A stretch of 63,835 nucleotides of DNA, the filler included, from Octopus bimaculoides (lineage: Eukaryota): assembly GCF_001194135.2 (NCBI RefSeq). It is 4 parts of 4 records of this genome, joined end to end, with 100 filler letters (N's around TTAATTAATTAA, not from the genome) between each part and the next. Parts side by side here need not be neighbours in the genome. Positions count along the whole stretch, not along the records: positions 1 to 7,713 come from NC_069002.1; positions 7,814 to 38,477 come from NC_068984.1; 2 more parts are not named here. The stretch is one strand, 5' to 3'. The number at the start of each line of letters is the position of its first letter. The first letter of the stretch is position 1. The position numbers and the translations under genes were made by a program. Shown here piece by piece: positions 1 to 14,192 of this stretch. The notes below the pieces were generated by a model, which had not been told where the DNA came from, searched no databases, and worked only from the letters and a program-made list of their open reading frames with translations.

Positions 1-484
1 AAGATGACGCGTGCATTCGATCATGTAACAATACAAATAATATGTGAGTATATGCATATATACGTACATGTATGTACATACCTACATCTACATGTATATA
101 TAGAGGCATATCTGGGTAGAGGAAGTTGCAAAAAAAACGTGGACAAAATGATAAACAGAGCACAGAAAACACACAGGCCACATAGAGAACATTTCCTTCA
201 TCAGTTGCCACCATTCTAAATCTCAGCGATTCGAAGAGTTAGGGCAGGACGCATTGTTAGAATGGCTCTTCCCACGGAGACACATTACATTTGTAACGTG
301 GAGGAATGTAGTGGCGGACAGAAAACAAGACAGGAAAACGAACCAGGGAAAGTAAACAAGAAAGGCTGTACGGTCAGACGTGAAAAAAATATGTGTATAC
401 TGAACGCTGTGAAGCGACGAACCGGAAGGAAGAGAGAAGAAAGTTCGTGCGAGCTTGGTGATGGCCCAGATAGGAAAGGAATTA

Positions 485-790
485 GTAGGATGCATAGTGC
501 CAAAGATTTCAACATTGCCATCAAGATACAGGAGAAAATACTGTGACAGCTCAGGCTTCAAGCTCCTCAATATCCTCCAAAAACGCTAGAGAGAGACCCA
601 CACGGAGTGGATGTAGGTGTCTTCAAAACAAAACTGGATCTCCTCCTTTCAACAGTTCCGGATGAACCAAACTCGCGGTAGAAGACGCAAATGAGGGCAG
701 CGAAATCAAATTCTTTCATTCACCGAATGTCACATATTAGAGAAGGTTTCAAGTTAGGAAAGTACAACAAAACTAGCGCCGGTTACCCAG
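485..790 (+). mobile_element. CR1/L2-like LINE 3' end fragment
   Basis: Similar to 40690-40870 in this window; encodes a decayed ...HGVDVGVFKTKLDLLLSTVPDEP C-terminus typical of CR1-group ORF2. Confidence 0.6.
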
Positions 791-1244
791 CGACTTAAAA
801 ATATATATTTATGAATTTAGATTTGAAACTCAGTTTTCCGTTCAACAGACCCTGGCCCGTAACAGTTTCCAAGGCCTTTAAGATGCGCTTCAGTTATTAA
901 AGAGCTTTACAATCCTTGCTATGTAGTATATTCATCTGCTAGAAACAGCAGCCAAATTTGCTCTCAGGGATATGACAATAAGGGATTATCTTTGCGACAA
1001 TGTTTTAAAAACAGATCTTGCGGAGAGAAATGACCTAGGGTTAAATAAAGGCTACTTCCAAACAGCAAACCAACAGCCGTGTTTCCCATTGATATAAATC
1101 TATCACTATGGTAACGTAAAATGTAAAATGTGTAGTTTAGAGTAGTGATACATAATTAAAGACTCTGCACACATTCCACGCATACATTCCATAATGGCTG
1201 CCTTTGAGGAAGACAAACGACTTAATAGCTTCCTTTCGACAAAG

Positions 1245-1287
<43 letters not shown>

Positions 1288-1715
1288 AATGTGTGTATAT
1301 ATATATTATACTTTTGTACAGTGAACGTGTGTATATAGCATGTGTGTGTGTTTGTGTTTGTGTGTCTGTTTTTGTGTCTATGCGCGTGCATTGATATGTG
1401 TGCGCACATGCGCAAACGTCTATATGCTCACTAAATATTCGTACACAGACGTAGTTTTGATATATATCCTTATTTATAGTGTATAGCACCCACAAACACT
1501 TTACATTCTCGCGAACTGAAATACGAACCCTGTACATTCGCATGTGTGTCTGCGTGTGCGTGTGTGTGTGTGTGTATGCGTATGTCTGTGCGCGTATATG
1601 AGTATGTGTGTGGATGTATTTACATACCTCGTACCCTAAACGATAAAAAACTAAGAGGGCCACACACACGCATAGGTATACATATAACACATGTACGTAC
1701 ATCACAAACACATAT

Positions 1716-1746
<31 letters not shown>

Positions 1747-1773
1747 GTTGCGTGTGTATATTTGTATCTCCCT

Positions 1774-1864
<91 letters not shown>

Positions 1865-2525
1865 NNNNNNNNNNNNNNNNNNNNNNNNNNNNNNNNNNNN
1901 NNNNNNNNNNNNNNNNNNNNNNNNNNNNNNNNNNNNNNNNNNNNNNNNNNNNNNNNNNNNNNNNNNNNNNNNNNNNNNNNNNNNNNNNNNNNNNNNNNNN
2001 NNNNNNNNNNNNNNNNNNNNNNNNNNNNNNNNNNNNNNNNNNNNNNNNNNNNNNNNNNNNNNNNNNNNNNNNNNNNNNNNNNNNNNNNNNNNNNNNNNNN
2101 NNNNNNNNNNNNNNNNNNNNNNNNNNNNNNNNNNNNNNNNNNNNNNNNNNNNNNNNNNNNNNNNNNNNNNNNNNNNNNNNNNNNNNNNNNNNNNNNNNNN
2201 NNNNNNNNNNNNNNNNNNNNNNNNNNNNNNNNNNNNNNNNNNNNNNNNNNNNNNNNNNNNNNNNNNNNNNNNNNNNNNNNNNNNNNNNNNNNNNNNNNNN
2301 NNNNNNNNNNNNNNNNNNNNNNNNNNNNNNNNNNNNNNNNNNNNNNNNNNNNNNNNNNNNNNNNNNNNNNNNNNNNNNNNNNNNNNNNNNNNNNNNNNNN
2401 NNNNNNNNNNNNNNNNNNNNNNNNNNNNNNNNNNNNNNNNNNNNNNNNNNNNNNNNNNNNNNNNNNNNNNNNNNNNNNNNNNNNNNNNNNNNNNNNNNNN
2501 NNNNNNNNNNNNNNNNNNNNNNNNN

Positions 2526-2558
<33 letters not shown>

Positions 2559-2661
2559 GTATATATATATATTATATATTATATATCTAGACGTGCTACA
2601 TACACAAGTGCGTATAAATATAAATATATTTATATGTATATATACGTGTGTATATATGTAT

Positions 2662-2694
<33 letters not shown>

Positions 2695-2924
2695 CATATA
2701 TACATATTATACATATATATATATGCATGTATTCATATGTNNNNNNNNNNTATATACATATTATACATATATATATATGCATGTATTCATATGTATATAT
2801 ATATATATATGCATTCATATACGTGTGTATGTACGTATGTATATATGTATGTATGTACGTATGTATGTATATCCGCATGTATATACCTGCAAACATAGTC
2901 ACTCACAAGCAGACAAATATATAT

Positions 2925-3570
2925 AGGCCATGCCGCGCATATAAACTAACCACCACTGCAAAGTCTCCCATCAACACTGACACCGACGGGATTTATGTCA
3001 AACGGCGGGGAGCGGCAGAGACAGAAGCGTAAGGCAGCTATAAACGTTGGTTGAGTGCCGCGTTATATCACGTAGACACTCCCTACTGAACAGTAAGCGG
3101 AGAAATGAATCCACCGTATATATATTCTCGGCGAAAATAACATCTTAAGGGTTGGCGAAGTGTGTCCCAAGGTGTAGTTGTAAGAACTTATTTCAAGAGA
3201 AGGAATTCTTGTCTTGTCAGTAGAAAGTTATACAAAGCGACATATCCGGGAAACCAGAGGATAGCAACCACACTGATAGAAAGATTATTAACACCTTGAC
3301 ATAGAATAGTGACATCGTAAATCGTCAAGAAAATGAAAGGTCTTCTCTATTCAGCAACAGGAGATAACTGAGATATAATTGATCAGGAGGTTTACGAATC
3401 TCGCGGTCATCGACAATGTCGATTTTGTGAAGTTTAGGGCGGCAAACGTTTCTACATCATTAGCGGCTTCCCCCAAAATGTCCGCCATTACAATATTGAC
3501 CACAAGGAAAGATTGCCTTCACAGTCATAGCAAACTCTCACAGGAACCGGAAGGTTCCTCCCACCCCTAC
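2925..3570. promoter_or_regulatory. CpG-rich unique segment, possible promoter or 5' end of an unidentified gene
   Basis: Locally CpG-rich; contains CCGGAAG (ETS-like, about 3548) and minus-strand TAATGGCGGAC (YY1- or start-like, about 3480-3490). No recognisable protein. Confidence 0.25.
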
Positions 3571-3802
3571 TTTTAAAATAACGAATATTTGTGGAACATT
3601 CTGCAAACACATTCAACAGTCATATATTGCTAATTCTGTTGCTGTTGTTGTTATTGTTCTTGTCGAACTTAATTAATGATGAAAGACGACATTCCAGCCG
3701 TGATCATCCAGTCATTTATTCAATGCATTTCGGGCTACCATGTGTCCATTTTATTTAAAAATTTAAGACGGCAGCTGTTATTTATAGCAAGTCAAGCAAT
3801 CA

Positions 3803-4029
3803 TACTCTTTTCTTTTACTCTTTTACTTGTTTCAGTCATTTGACCGTGGCCATGCTGGAGCACCGCCTTTATAGTCGAGCAAATCGACCCCAGGACTTAT
3901 TCTTTGTAAGCTTAGTACTTATTCTATCGGCCTCTTTTTGTCGAACCGCTAAGTTACGGGTACATAAACACACCAGCATCGGTTGTCAAGCAATTCTAGG
4001 GGGACAAACACACACACACACACACACAT

Positions 4030-4082
<53 letters not shown>

Positions 4083-4242
4083 TACGACGGGCTTCTTTCA
4101 GTTTCCGCCTACCAAATCCACTCAGAAGGCTTTGGTCGGCCCGAGGCTATAGTAGAAGACACTTGTCCAAGATGCCAAGCAGTGGGACTGAACCCGGAAC
4201 CATGTGGTTGGTGAGCAAGCTACTTACCACACAGCCACTCCT
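3803..4242 (-). mobile_element. tRNA-derived SINE family A, full copy with internal CA/TA microsatellite
   Basis: Minus-strand head GGAGTGGCTGTGTGGTAAG...GGTTCAGTCCC (A/B-box-like) and tail ...CAAATGACTGAAACAAGTAAAAGA; several similar copies elsewhere in the window. Confidence 0.85.
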
Positions 4243-4692
4243 AGACATTCTTTCGTTGACTCATAGGTAGCGCTGTTGCTGCTGCTACTCCCGCTGGTAA
4301 TGTTAATTTGCTACTACAGCTGGGGCTTTTGTTATTAAAACATCTGTTACCTTTGCTCTGGTTTCGCCCCAAGTCAACTCTGAGCCTGTTGACCTTTATA
4401 ACCAAATGTAATCCAGCCGTGACTGTCATGTTTTATTCGGATAGAGTAAAGAGAACTACATTATGTAATGTGTCCTTCATTGAAGGAGGTATAGCTGCAT
4501 TTTCCAACAGGTTGAACGATAATGTAGATACGTTTCATCACTAGCTTTATTGCCAGTCCTTGTGGTTGTTGAGCCCTAAGTTCACCATGATTAGGGCACA
4601 CCTATGATACAGGGTGTAGTTTATCTAGAGGTATGTTGCATAGCACAGTGTACCTAGAACTACATTACTCAAATGTAGCGATGTGGTGGAGA

Positions 4693-4726
4693 AAAGCCGA
4701 CTACGAACGACGACGACAACGATGAC

Positions 4727-4771
<45 letters not shown>

Positions 4772-4815
4772 AAGGAGGAGGAGGAGGAGGAGGAGGAGGA
4801 GGAAGAAGAAGAGGA
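4693..4815 (+). repeat. Compound trinucleotide microsatellite (ACG)-(ATG)-(AGG)-(AAG)
   Basis: Read directly. Many other AT, CA, CT, GATA, GTCT and CATA tracts occur, e.g. 1248-1285, 1775-1864, 7250-7325, 11820-12110, 37560-37640. Confidence 0.95.
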
Positions 4816-5338
4816 TTCAACTGCTGTTGTCGTTATCAAGTATCAGTGTATGCTTTAAAGATTTGCTGTTATGTCTAGCAGGTTGACAGTCATACAGCAG
4901 TTACCGCCGGGTAAAAAAACATGCTTAGCGGCATTTCGTCCGTCTTAAAAGGTTCTGAGTTCAAATTGCGCCGAACTCGACTTTGCCTTTCATCATTTCA
5001 GAGTCGATAAGATAATGACCAGTTGAGCACTGAGGTCGCAGGCTTTGTGCCGACAGCTACTTAACTGCGCATAAAAATTATATTATAATAGTTTATAACC
5101 AAGGGCAACAACAATGCTAGCATCATCACTGCAAACTATGCGGACAATAGGTCTCCTGGAAATAGCAGCCAAATCATCTTCAAATCAGATGGCATAATAA
5201 AAAAATGAAGCATTGGATAACCGGCTACAAATTATTATTATCCAACTGTTGTTGCTGCAGTGTCATCGCATCCGTCATCACAACCACACTCACTGTTCTT
5301 CAATTTCCACTTATAGTTTCTATCATTAACTCTCTCTG

Positions 5339-5400
<62 letters not shown>

Positions 5401-6115
5401 TGTACTACTATTATCTCCACTTCTCACTTCTCCTCTGTCCTGATACTGTTACCGTTGTGTGAAACATCAACATCACCACTACCACCCTCCCATTGTCACC
5501 ATCTATACTGCTGCTGCTGCTGCCGCAGCGCCGCCATCAATTGTCCTGTTTCACTGGCGACCACAGCTACTTAATCTCCGCGCCAAAATTGAGTTGAGCG
5601 AAAACATTGCTGCAGTCGTTTTAATATGATTATCAGCTCGGTTTCTCTGGGAAAGCCATGATTTAGGAGTGAAGAGGTAATTTGTCAGTTTGATAAAGCA
5701 TTCCATCAATCGCTGTTCACTAAGTGTCAGTCGCAACACCATTCTGCCGATGGTGAATGGACTGCGCTAAGTGACGTCTCACCATTAATGCTGGCTTCGA
5801 GACCAGCTGAATCTACGGAACACCATTTCGGACAAAATACTCCAAGTAAATCGATTTTATACCTTTTCTTTGTCTCCGGTTCTTTTTATTACTTACTATT
5901 GCGTGTGTTTGGGGCGGGATATGGGTGTGTGAGTGTGTTGCATGTATGCATATGTGCGCATGTATGTGTGTGTGTATGTGTATAAATTATTAAGGTAGCT
6001 AGTAGCAATTTAATAATCAAAAGGCACGAATACAATTATCACTAAAGCGACTATGGTTGCAGTGACGATTGTACTCGTACCTCTACACACACACAAACAC
6101 ATACATATCGAACAG

Positions 6116-6508
6116 TGTGGAGGCGCAGTGGCCCAGTGGTTAGGGCAACGGACTCACGGTCATAAGATCGCGGTCTCGATTCCCAGACCGGGCGTTGTGA
6201 GTGTTTATTGAGCGAAAACACCTAAAGCTCCACGAGACTCCGGCAGGGGATGGTGGCGAACCCTGCTGTACTCTTCCACCACAACTTTCTCTCACTCTTA
6301 CTTCCTGTTTCTGTTGTGTCTGTAATTCAAAGGGTCAGCCTTGTCACACTGTGTCACGCTGAATATCCCCCGAGAACTACGTTAAGGGTACACGTGTCTG
6401 TGGAGTGCTCAGCCACTTGCACGTTAATTTCACGAGCAGGCTGTTCCGTTGATCGGATCAACTGGAACCCTCGACGCCGTAAGCGACGGAGTGCCAAAAG
6501 AACAACAC
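6116..6508 (+). mobile_element. tRNA-derived SINE family B (tRNA-Arg-like head)
   Basis: Head GGCGCAGTGGCCCAGTGGTTAGGGC...GGTCTCGATTCC; second copy at 15958-16192. Resembles the octopus OR-type SINEs (assignment from memory). Confidence 0.75.
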
Positions 6509-7329
6509 CAATGTCGAACAGTAAGAATGAATGCTGTAATGAGAAATCTCTTCACGATTTTCAAGCGTTAATACACGAGAACATTGGTACTCGTTCCATT
6601 TTGAATTTATATTTTCATCTGAAATAGAAACGAGTACCAAACTTTTTATAACCGTAGGGACATATAAAACTATTATTGTTATCACAAGTATTGGGGCTCA
6701 AACTCGCTTAAGGTATTGTAACCTCTGCTTAGCGTTATCAGCTCGATATAATTACGTAAAAGGTTGTTGTTCCAAGATGATCACAAAAAGCGACATCTAT
6801 TGTGTGTATGGATGTCAGTAATCGTATTGATCTCCCCTACCTGAAGAATCTAGAATTTTCTCAGTGTCACCTGAAATCCAAGAATAAATCTATAGAATCA
6901 TTCTAGTCTATGTTTCTAAGAATCTTCTTACTATCACAAGCATACACACTCATGTATAATTTCGAAAAAAGAAACGCAGACGTTGGCTGCATTTGCATAT
7001 AAAAACTTGGCTTCTTAGAGACAGAATATAGCTCCATTCTTCATACGCACTAATTTACTGTTATCATATCTCAGAGAACTCAAAACTGGGAGGACTTCGA
7101 AGATTATTGGCAGATTCAAAGAACAAAATAGACTTTACACATATTTTTTTATAACTCTTCTCTAAAAAGATATTAACGAACAGGCGACCCGTCGCAATAA
7201 ACTATAACCTAAAGCGGGAGCGGGGCCATACATACATAATACATACACGCACGCACGCATACATACATACATACATACATACATACATACATACATACAT
7301 ACATACATACATACATACATACATACATT

Positions 7330-7500
7330 GTGCACCATCGCCTCAATACTCAAGATATCAGCTATCCTCAGGATTTGTGTGTCTGAAATTTTTGAGGTCC
7401 AGCCAACATTGAGAATGTGCCTGAGACATCTCTGATGAAAGCGTGTACCGTGCATGTGTACTGACATCGCTCCTCTTCTCATGTGAGACATGGACTCTGT
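7330..7500 (-). mobile_element. RTE-like LINE ORF2 C-terminal fragment
   Basis: ORF 7162-7491 contains RFHQRCLRHILNVGWTSKISDTQILRIADILSIEAMV, a typical post-RT motif; adjoins a (CATA)n tract. Confidence 0.6.
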
Positions 7501-7603
7501 ACAAATGTTAGGTAATGGTCCTTGAACGCTTTACATACATACATACATGCGTGCATACATGCATGCATACATACATACATACATACACGCATACATACAT
7601 ACA

Positions 7604-7637
<34 letters not shown>

Positions 7638-7813
7638 GGTACGCGCGCATACAGATACTCACATAGGTACATAGATACTCACATATATACATACGTACAA
7701 CGTACGTAGATACNNNNNNNNNNNNNNNNNNNNNNNNNNNNNNNNNNNNNNNNNNNNTTAATTAATTAANNNNNNNNNNNNNNNNNNNNNNNNNNNNNNN
7801 NNNNNNNNNNNNN

Positions 7814-7859
<46 letters not shown>

Positions 7860-8746
7860 GACTGGTACATTTTCAATATATCCCTGGGTAAATTAAATTG
7901 AAATATGGAAAACGTGTGGATCATGTTCATGCGCTCATTTCTTCAGGCGATATGGCATTAACGTATTGAAGTAACGGATGTATAACTGAGAGTTGTTTAT
8001 TAATTTTGACCAATGAAAAGAGTGACTCAAGTATGTGGGCAGTTCTGTGTATTTGGTGGGAAGGAGTAGAAAGCGATAAAAAGAGAGAAAGGAATGGTAA
8101 TTATAAAGGAGAGGGAGGTGTGTGACGTGATGTTAGACTTCTTTTGATAATCAAGTATGCAAATCTCAGGATGGGTACTATAGTTTATTGGTTTGACATT
8201 AGTCACAGCAGGCGCACCTTCAATGAATGCATCGTGTAGCGATGCATAGAAATATTTATAAACTCCATCCATGCAACCGATATATATGTGTGTGTGTATA
8301 GGTATATATNNNNNNNNNNNNNNNNNNNNNNNNNNNNNNNNNNNNNNNNNNNNNNNNNNNNNNNNNNNNNNNNNNNNNNNNNNNNNNNNNNNNNNNNNNN
8401 NNNNNNNNNNNNNNNNNNNNNNNNNNNNNNNNNNNNNNNNNNNNNNNNNNNNNNNNNNNNNNNNNNNNNNNNNNNNNNNNNNNNNNNNNNNNNNNNNNNN
8501 NNNNNNNNNNNNNNNNNNNNNNNNNNNNNNNNNNNNNNNNNNNNNNNNNNNNNNNNNNNNNNNNNNNNNNNNNNNNNNNAAGAAAAAGAACTAGAAAACT
8601 ATAGACAGCGTGCAAAAAGATCTATGCGGCAAGTGATTTTCAAAATCTAGTATCCATCACATTTTAAAGTGCTGTCATTGGGAAATTACAGTCTGTGAAT
8701 GGTCTCAGCTCTACTCTTCGGTTAGGGTCAAGATGATCCGGAACGA

Positions 8747-8958
8747 AGGCGGTCAGCTGGCAAAAACGTTAGCACGGCGGGCGAAATGCTTAGCCGTATT
8801 TCGTCTGTCTTTACGTTCTGAGTTCAAATTTCGCCGAGGTTGACTTTACCTTTCATCCTTTCGGGGTCGATAAATTAAGTACCAGTTGCGTACTGAGTCG
8901 ATCTAAGCGACTAGCCCCCTCCCCCAAAATTTCAAGCCTTGTGCCTAGAGTAGAAAAG
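8747..8958 (+). mobile_element. SINE family C (tRNA-like head plus conserved GTCGACTTTGCCTTTCATCCTTTCGGGGTCGATAAA-type central domain)
   Basis: Many copies in the window: about 4895-5040, 11605-11780, 14810-14940, 29524-29730, 30645-30790, 30835-31022, 31388-31595, 48860-48985 on plus; 27085-27455 (two copies), 36565-36730, 56355-56440 on minus. The central domain resembles Meta/MESC-type SINE domains (recollection, unverified). Confidence 0.8.
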
Positions 8959-8974
8959 AGGATCCAGACCGATG

Positions 8975-9124
8975 TGAGGAACTTTCCACTTACAAATCCA
9001 CTCACAAGACATTGGTCGGCCCGTGGCTATAGTAGAAGACAATTGCCTAAGATGCCATGCAGTGGGACTGAATCCGGAACCATGTGTTTGGTAAGCAAAC
9101 TACTTACCACATAGCCACTCCTGT
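8975..9124 (-). mobile_element. SINE family A, 5' half
   Basis: Similar to 4090-4242. Confidence 0.75.
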
Positions 9125-9600
9125 GATTAATGGGGCCAACCTTATTTTACGGTAATGTGGCTAGTCCCATGAATGCGACAGTTTGTCATACAAAGCCTTC
9201 AATTCTTAAAAGGTGGAGTTTAAGTCACAGCAAAATGGGACCTCTTCACACTACCATAATATTGTCAATGCCTACATTCATGAGATTGTGGCACACAAGT
9301 GTGCTGGCCGAGAAGGTTCTGCAGGACCTAAGAACACTAGACGTAATATGGAGACACTTAAAAAATGAAGTTTATGGCACAAAACAAGCAACAGTCGACG
9401 GTTTGAGGGCGGTCATTGAGAATGCGCACAAATATCAAGAGACATGTTCTTTGATATTTCCAATTCCATTGCTTTGCGTTTACAGCAATGCCTGGTCCAG
9501 AATAGTCTTCAGTCTGAAAACACACATTCCTAAAAGAATTAGATGCTTTACGCTGATTCTATTAAATTTTGAAGATGAAATGCATTTTAATAAGCACTGC
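9125..9600 (+). mobile_element. Tc1/mariner-superfamily transposase C-terminal remnant
   Basis: DLRTLDVIWRHLKNEVYGTKQATVDGLRAVIENA resembles the SPDL.PLD..WG.LK..VY motif. Confidence 0.6.
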
Positions 9601-9771
9601 CTTTATAATCATTGATTATATGAAACCTGTTGTCCAGCAGGTCAGATGAGTCGCCTACGTTGTCAAGTGCAAGACAAGACGTGAAACCAATGGTAAGTTT
9701 CTGACCTGCCATAAGCAACGATATACCATTTGCCTACATAATATATGTATATACATACATAAATACATTCA

Positions 9772-9813
<42 letters not shown>

Positions 9814-10289
9814 TGTTTGTGTGAGTGTGTTTATGTCTTTTTTTCTCATCTCAAAACTTTTTCCATTTGAATTTAATTCGAAAAGCCAAAATGTCTATCA
9901 GTTAATCTCATATCGGCTGGCTGGCTAAAATCACGTGACAACCATTCACCGAAAACAGTTTGAATAGCATGAACACTGTGAAATGTTTTAATGACGAGGA
10001 TCATGTCAAAATGAACAAGCTACAAAAATTCGTTTACTTATTGCTGCAAATAATTCCCCAATCTCTCTTCTAAGGGAATTATAACAATGCATGAGAAGTA
10101 TTATGTGGCAATGTAGTCGGAGACAATATAATCGACATGATAATTATTGTTCTTGTCACGTATCGAATTGGCTACACAATATTTCTGACTCGTGATCTAT
10201 CTTGTTTCTTGAATATGTTATTCCATCGCATCGCCGTCGAGTGAGACAGTTGAGCATTCTAGAAAATAAGCCATGGCACTTACGCCATC

Positions 10290-10320
<31 letters not shown>

Positions 10321-10574
10321 NNNNNNNNNNNNNNNNNNNNNNNNNNNNNNNNNNNNNNNNNNNNNNNNNNNNNNNNNNNNNNNNNNNNNNNNNNNNNNNN
10401 NNNNNNNNNNNNNNNNNNNNNNNNNNNNNNNNNNNNNNNNNNNNNNNNNNNNNNNNNNNNNNNNNNNNNNNNNNNNNNNNNNNNNNNNNNNNNNNNNNNN
10501 NNNNNNNNNNNNNNNNNNNNNNNNNNNNNNNNNNNNNNNNNNNNNNNNNNNNNNNNNNNNNNNNNNNNNNNNNN

Positions 10575-10627
<53 letters not shown>

Positions 10628-10892
10628 TATACATATGTGTGTGTGTGTATATTATATATGCAAGTATTTGTATGTGAATACAAATACATAGATATTTTCG
10701 TATATAAAATGTCTGTTATAATTATGTATACATATTTATGAATATACATATATACACTTATGTCACATAAATATTCTATATTCAGAATTAATCAATATCA
10801 CAAAGATACGCAGAACACACACATTCCTTGTGTGTGTATGCATATGTATAAATGTATATACATACATATATATATTTATATATAAGATAATG

Positions 10893-10932
<40 letters not shown>

Positions 10933-11399
10933 GCGTGTGTCTATGTGTATGTGTGGCGGAATGTAAGTATGGATGCTCGGCAGTTTACAGAAGCCAGTGA
11001 CATTATATAGTTTGATCTTATCTTTTGCAATAAATATTGTTCTCTTTTATTAAGAAACTACGGCATTCCAAGAAACTCGAAACTGTGAGAGGATAAGCAA
11101 TGATTATCGGCCCCCCCCCACCCCCCAAAAAATAAAGAGGATGAATTGTGTTAAGGGAGCAAAACGGGTATTAAGTTTAAAAAGGGTATAGAGGACTGTA
11201 GGGTCTTAAGAGATGAAACTGGTTCAGGAGACGAAAGAGAAAGGATTTAGCCCCGTCTAATTTAGGTCTAGCTTCTAAAATCTACTTCAACCCTACACTT
11301 TCATGAGATGGGATCTACTAGAGGTTCCCGAAGTGCAGCAATAACAGACATTACAAGTCACAAACCTGAGGTTGGCGCCAGTCTGTCGCAGGTTTAACC

Positions 11400-11560
11400 T
11401 CTAGCTGTTACAGGTATTTATTTTCAGCTCTGAGTAATGGGGAAACGTGAAATGTATAACTTGCTCAAGGACACATCACATTAAAACCGATTATCGAACC
11501 CATGACCTAAAGATCATAATTCCAAAACGCTAGCGGCCCGGGCCCGGCTACACGCTTTCA
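11400..11560 (-). mobile_element. Decayed tRNA-type SINE with CORE-like motif
   Basis: Minus strand has GGTCATGGGTTCGAT (B-box-like) followed by GTGTCCTTGAGCAAG. Confidence 0.4.
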
Positions 11561-11841
11561 AGCTTGTTATATTGTTGCGTTATATTGCATACATACAAAG
11601 GCAGTGAACCGGCCGAATCATTAGAACGCAAAGCATGTTTTGACTCCAAATTCCGTCGAAGTCGACTTTCCTTTTTGCCCATTCAGGGTCGTTAAAATAG
11701 GTACTAGTTAAGGACTGGCGTCGATGTAATGAACTTGTCCCTTTCTTTCAAAATTGCTGGCCTTGTGGTAAAATTTGAAGCTATCATATTATATATATTC
11801 ATATATAGTATATTTTAATCTATCTATCCATCTGTCTGTCG

Positions 11842-11872
<31 letters not shown>

Positions 11873-11912
11873 AGTCTGTCTGTCTATCTGTCTGTCTGTC
11901 TCTCTCACCCTC

Positions 11913-11969
<57 letters not shown>

Positions 11970-12018
11970 GTCTCTCCCTCTCTCTCTCTCTCTATCTGTC
12001 AATCTACCGATCTCGCTG

Positions 12019-12095
<77 letters not shown>

Positions 12096-13170
12096 AGTTA
12101 GATAGATAGATGTGTGTACACATGAACAAACATATATACATGCATGCAAATGTATATACACATGTTTTAATGAGTGTGTATGCGTGTGTATATGTGTTCT
12201 CCAAGTTAGAAAGAAGTGATTGTGTACTATATGAATATATTTCGGGTAGCTACGATCAAGCTGTCATCGGGCGATCCGATCTGCTCAATGAGATTGGTTG
12301 TTTGGTAGATGCTGTTGGGTTTGGAGGTGAAAAAGAGTTAAAGAGTTTTCGTGTGTCTGAGTGTATGAACGATGCCTGTAGGTAAGGAACTTGCTAATAT
12401 ACATCATCACCACGACTGTGACTCTGAGATGCTTGCTGATGATTCGAGAAAGTTTCGAACATTGTGATGGCTTTAGAATATGTTGTAGTTCCTCAAAGAA
12501 GCTCCAACTGTTTCTGAGTGGAGCAAAGCATCACTGATGTTATTACACTATATAGATTTCATTTAAAAGTTCAATAAAAGCCAAGAATATTTCAAATATC
12601 AAAACCATATCGTTTTTCAGAAATTTACTTCCAATCTCTTTAACCAAACTTTCCTATTAACAAGACAGTAAGGCGTGATTTAAGGGCAATTTGGCAATTT
12701 AGCTACTATTTCTACAATCACGAGCGACCACATACAGACCATTTTGTTAGCCGTTGTTGATATATGACATTTATTGTGCTGGAATTATAAGAAATAATAT
12801 AAAGTGTATTGGTAGAATATTGGAACAATTCTTCATATACAATTATTTGTTTTTATAAATAGTTTATAAATGTCAATAAGACAAATATCTTACATTCTTT
12901 GGTGTTTGTTTTTTATATTTGAAATATCATATTCTCCTATTTTTTACATTATGGGTCAGTTATAAATTGTCATCCATTAAATATCTTTATTTTCCCTTAT
13001 CTTATCCTAGTTCTGTCTACAGTTTTATATCTCTCAGCCCTACAATCTCTTACTGTCTGTATCTTTCATGCGTATGTATGTATACATGTATGGATATATT
13101 ATATAGGTAATATACATAAGACTACGATAATAGTCAATCTATTTATATATATATATGTATACATACATGC

Positions 13171-13232
<62 letters not shown>

Positions 13233-14192
13233 GTGTACATATATACATACATATATAGATATATATACATACATATATATGTGTGTGTTTGTATGTTATA
13301 TACATATTAATAAGAATATGTATACGACCAATGGTTAATATATCCAAGCAAATCCATAGATTCTTCAGTTTATTATATTATTGGAACGTAGATGAAATAT
13401 TGTAATGGAGCAACATTTCTTGTTTCAGCTTGTTAGTAAGGACGTAAGTAGACGTTTAAAAAAAACTATAGATGATTTAAAGTGTTCTGTAGATCCATAG
13501 TTCGAATCTATTAACTATAGAAGTAATGAGGAAATTCATCGATATGCAGTCTCCTCTTGAGAGAGAAATATGAGCAATATAACAAACTCCTTACTATAAT
13601 GTTTCTTCAAGTTATACATAGAGATTTTTCGGTGAGGTACACGATAAATATAATATTATTGGGAATGTTAATATAGTTGGATTATTGTAGCGGACAGTGT
13701 GAACCAGGTAATTACTAAAAGGAATACTGTATTTCGTTATGAAGTTACAATATACTATCAAGTATATTAAAGTCAATACTGTGTTCCACTTATTTAAGAA
13801 GCTGCGCGACTGAAACATGGTAACTTTCAGTGCTGTGTTTAATTTATGTAGAAAACCTGTAGAAATAACTTTGAAAGGTATCTAAACCAGTATATTACTT
13901 GTTCTTATAATAGTGTGGATAGATTTATTTACATTGAGCCATCCATTATTTTCTAAAATATGCGCTGTTGATCTCTCACTTTCAAGAAAATCACCATAAG
14001 CTATATTGTTACCGTTGAAATCTTCCGAGCTTTCTATTGTATTATTTGTCACTGATCCCTCTTGAGAGGTTTCTTGCAATTTGAACCTGACCAACTCTAA
14101 TGTCTTCTATCTGATTCTTTCTGACAGGATGGCTTTGCAACCATGCCTTCTCAGTTGTAGTGTGAAATGAAACGTTTTGGCACATCAGTTCT

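Noticed and set aside
1546-2714. Long ORFs made of YI/CV/SL runs and X (also near 10.2, 23, 32.6, 55, 57 and 58.5 kb)
   Set aside because: Artefacts of microsatellites and N gaps.
7758-7769. TTAATTAATTAA inside N runs (also 38522-38533 and 61831-61842)
   Set aside because: Identical layout at three 100-bp gaps, with stops in all six frames: a scaffolding spacer, not biology.
8580-8650. EKELENYRQRAKRSMRQ coiled-coil-like frame after a gap
   Set aside because: Too short, weak donor, and the 5' part is hidden in Ns.
13380-14190. Minus-strand ORFs 13882-14094 and 13612-13818
   Set aside because: No clear splice signals or recognisable family, and not CHMP5 sequence.
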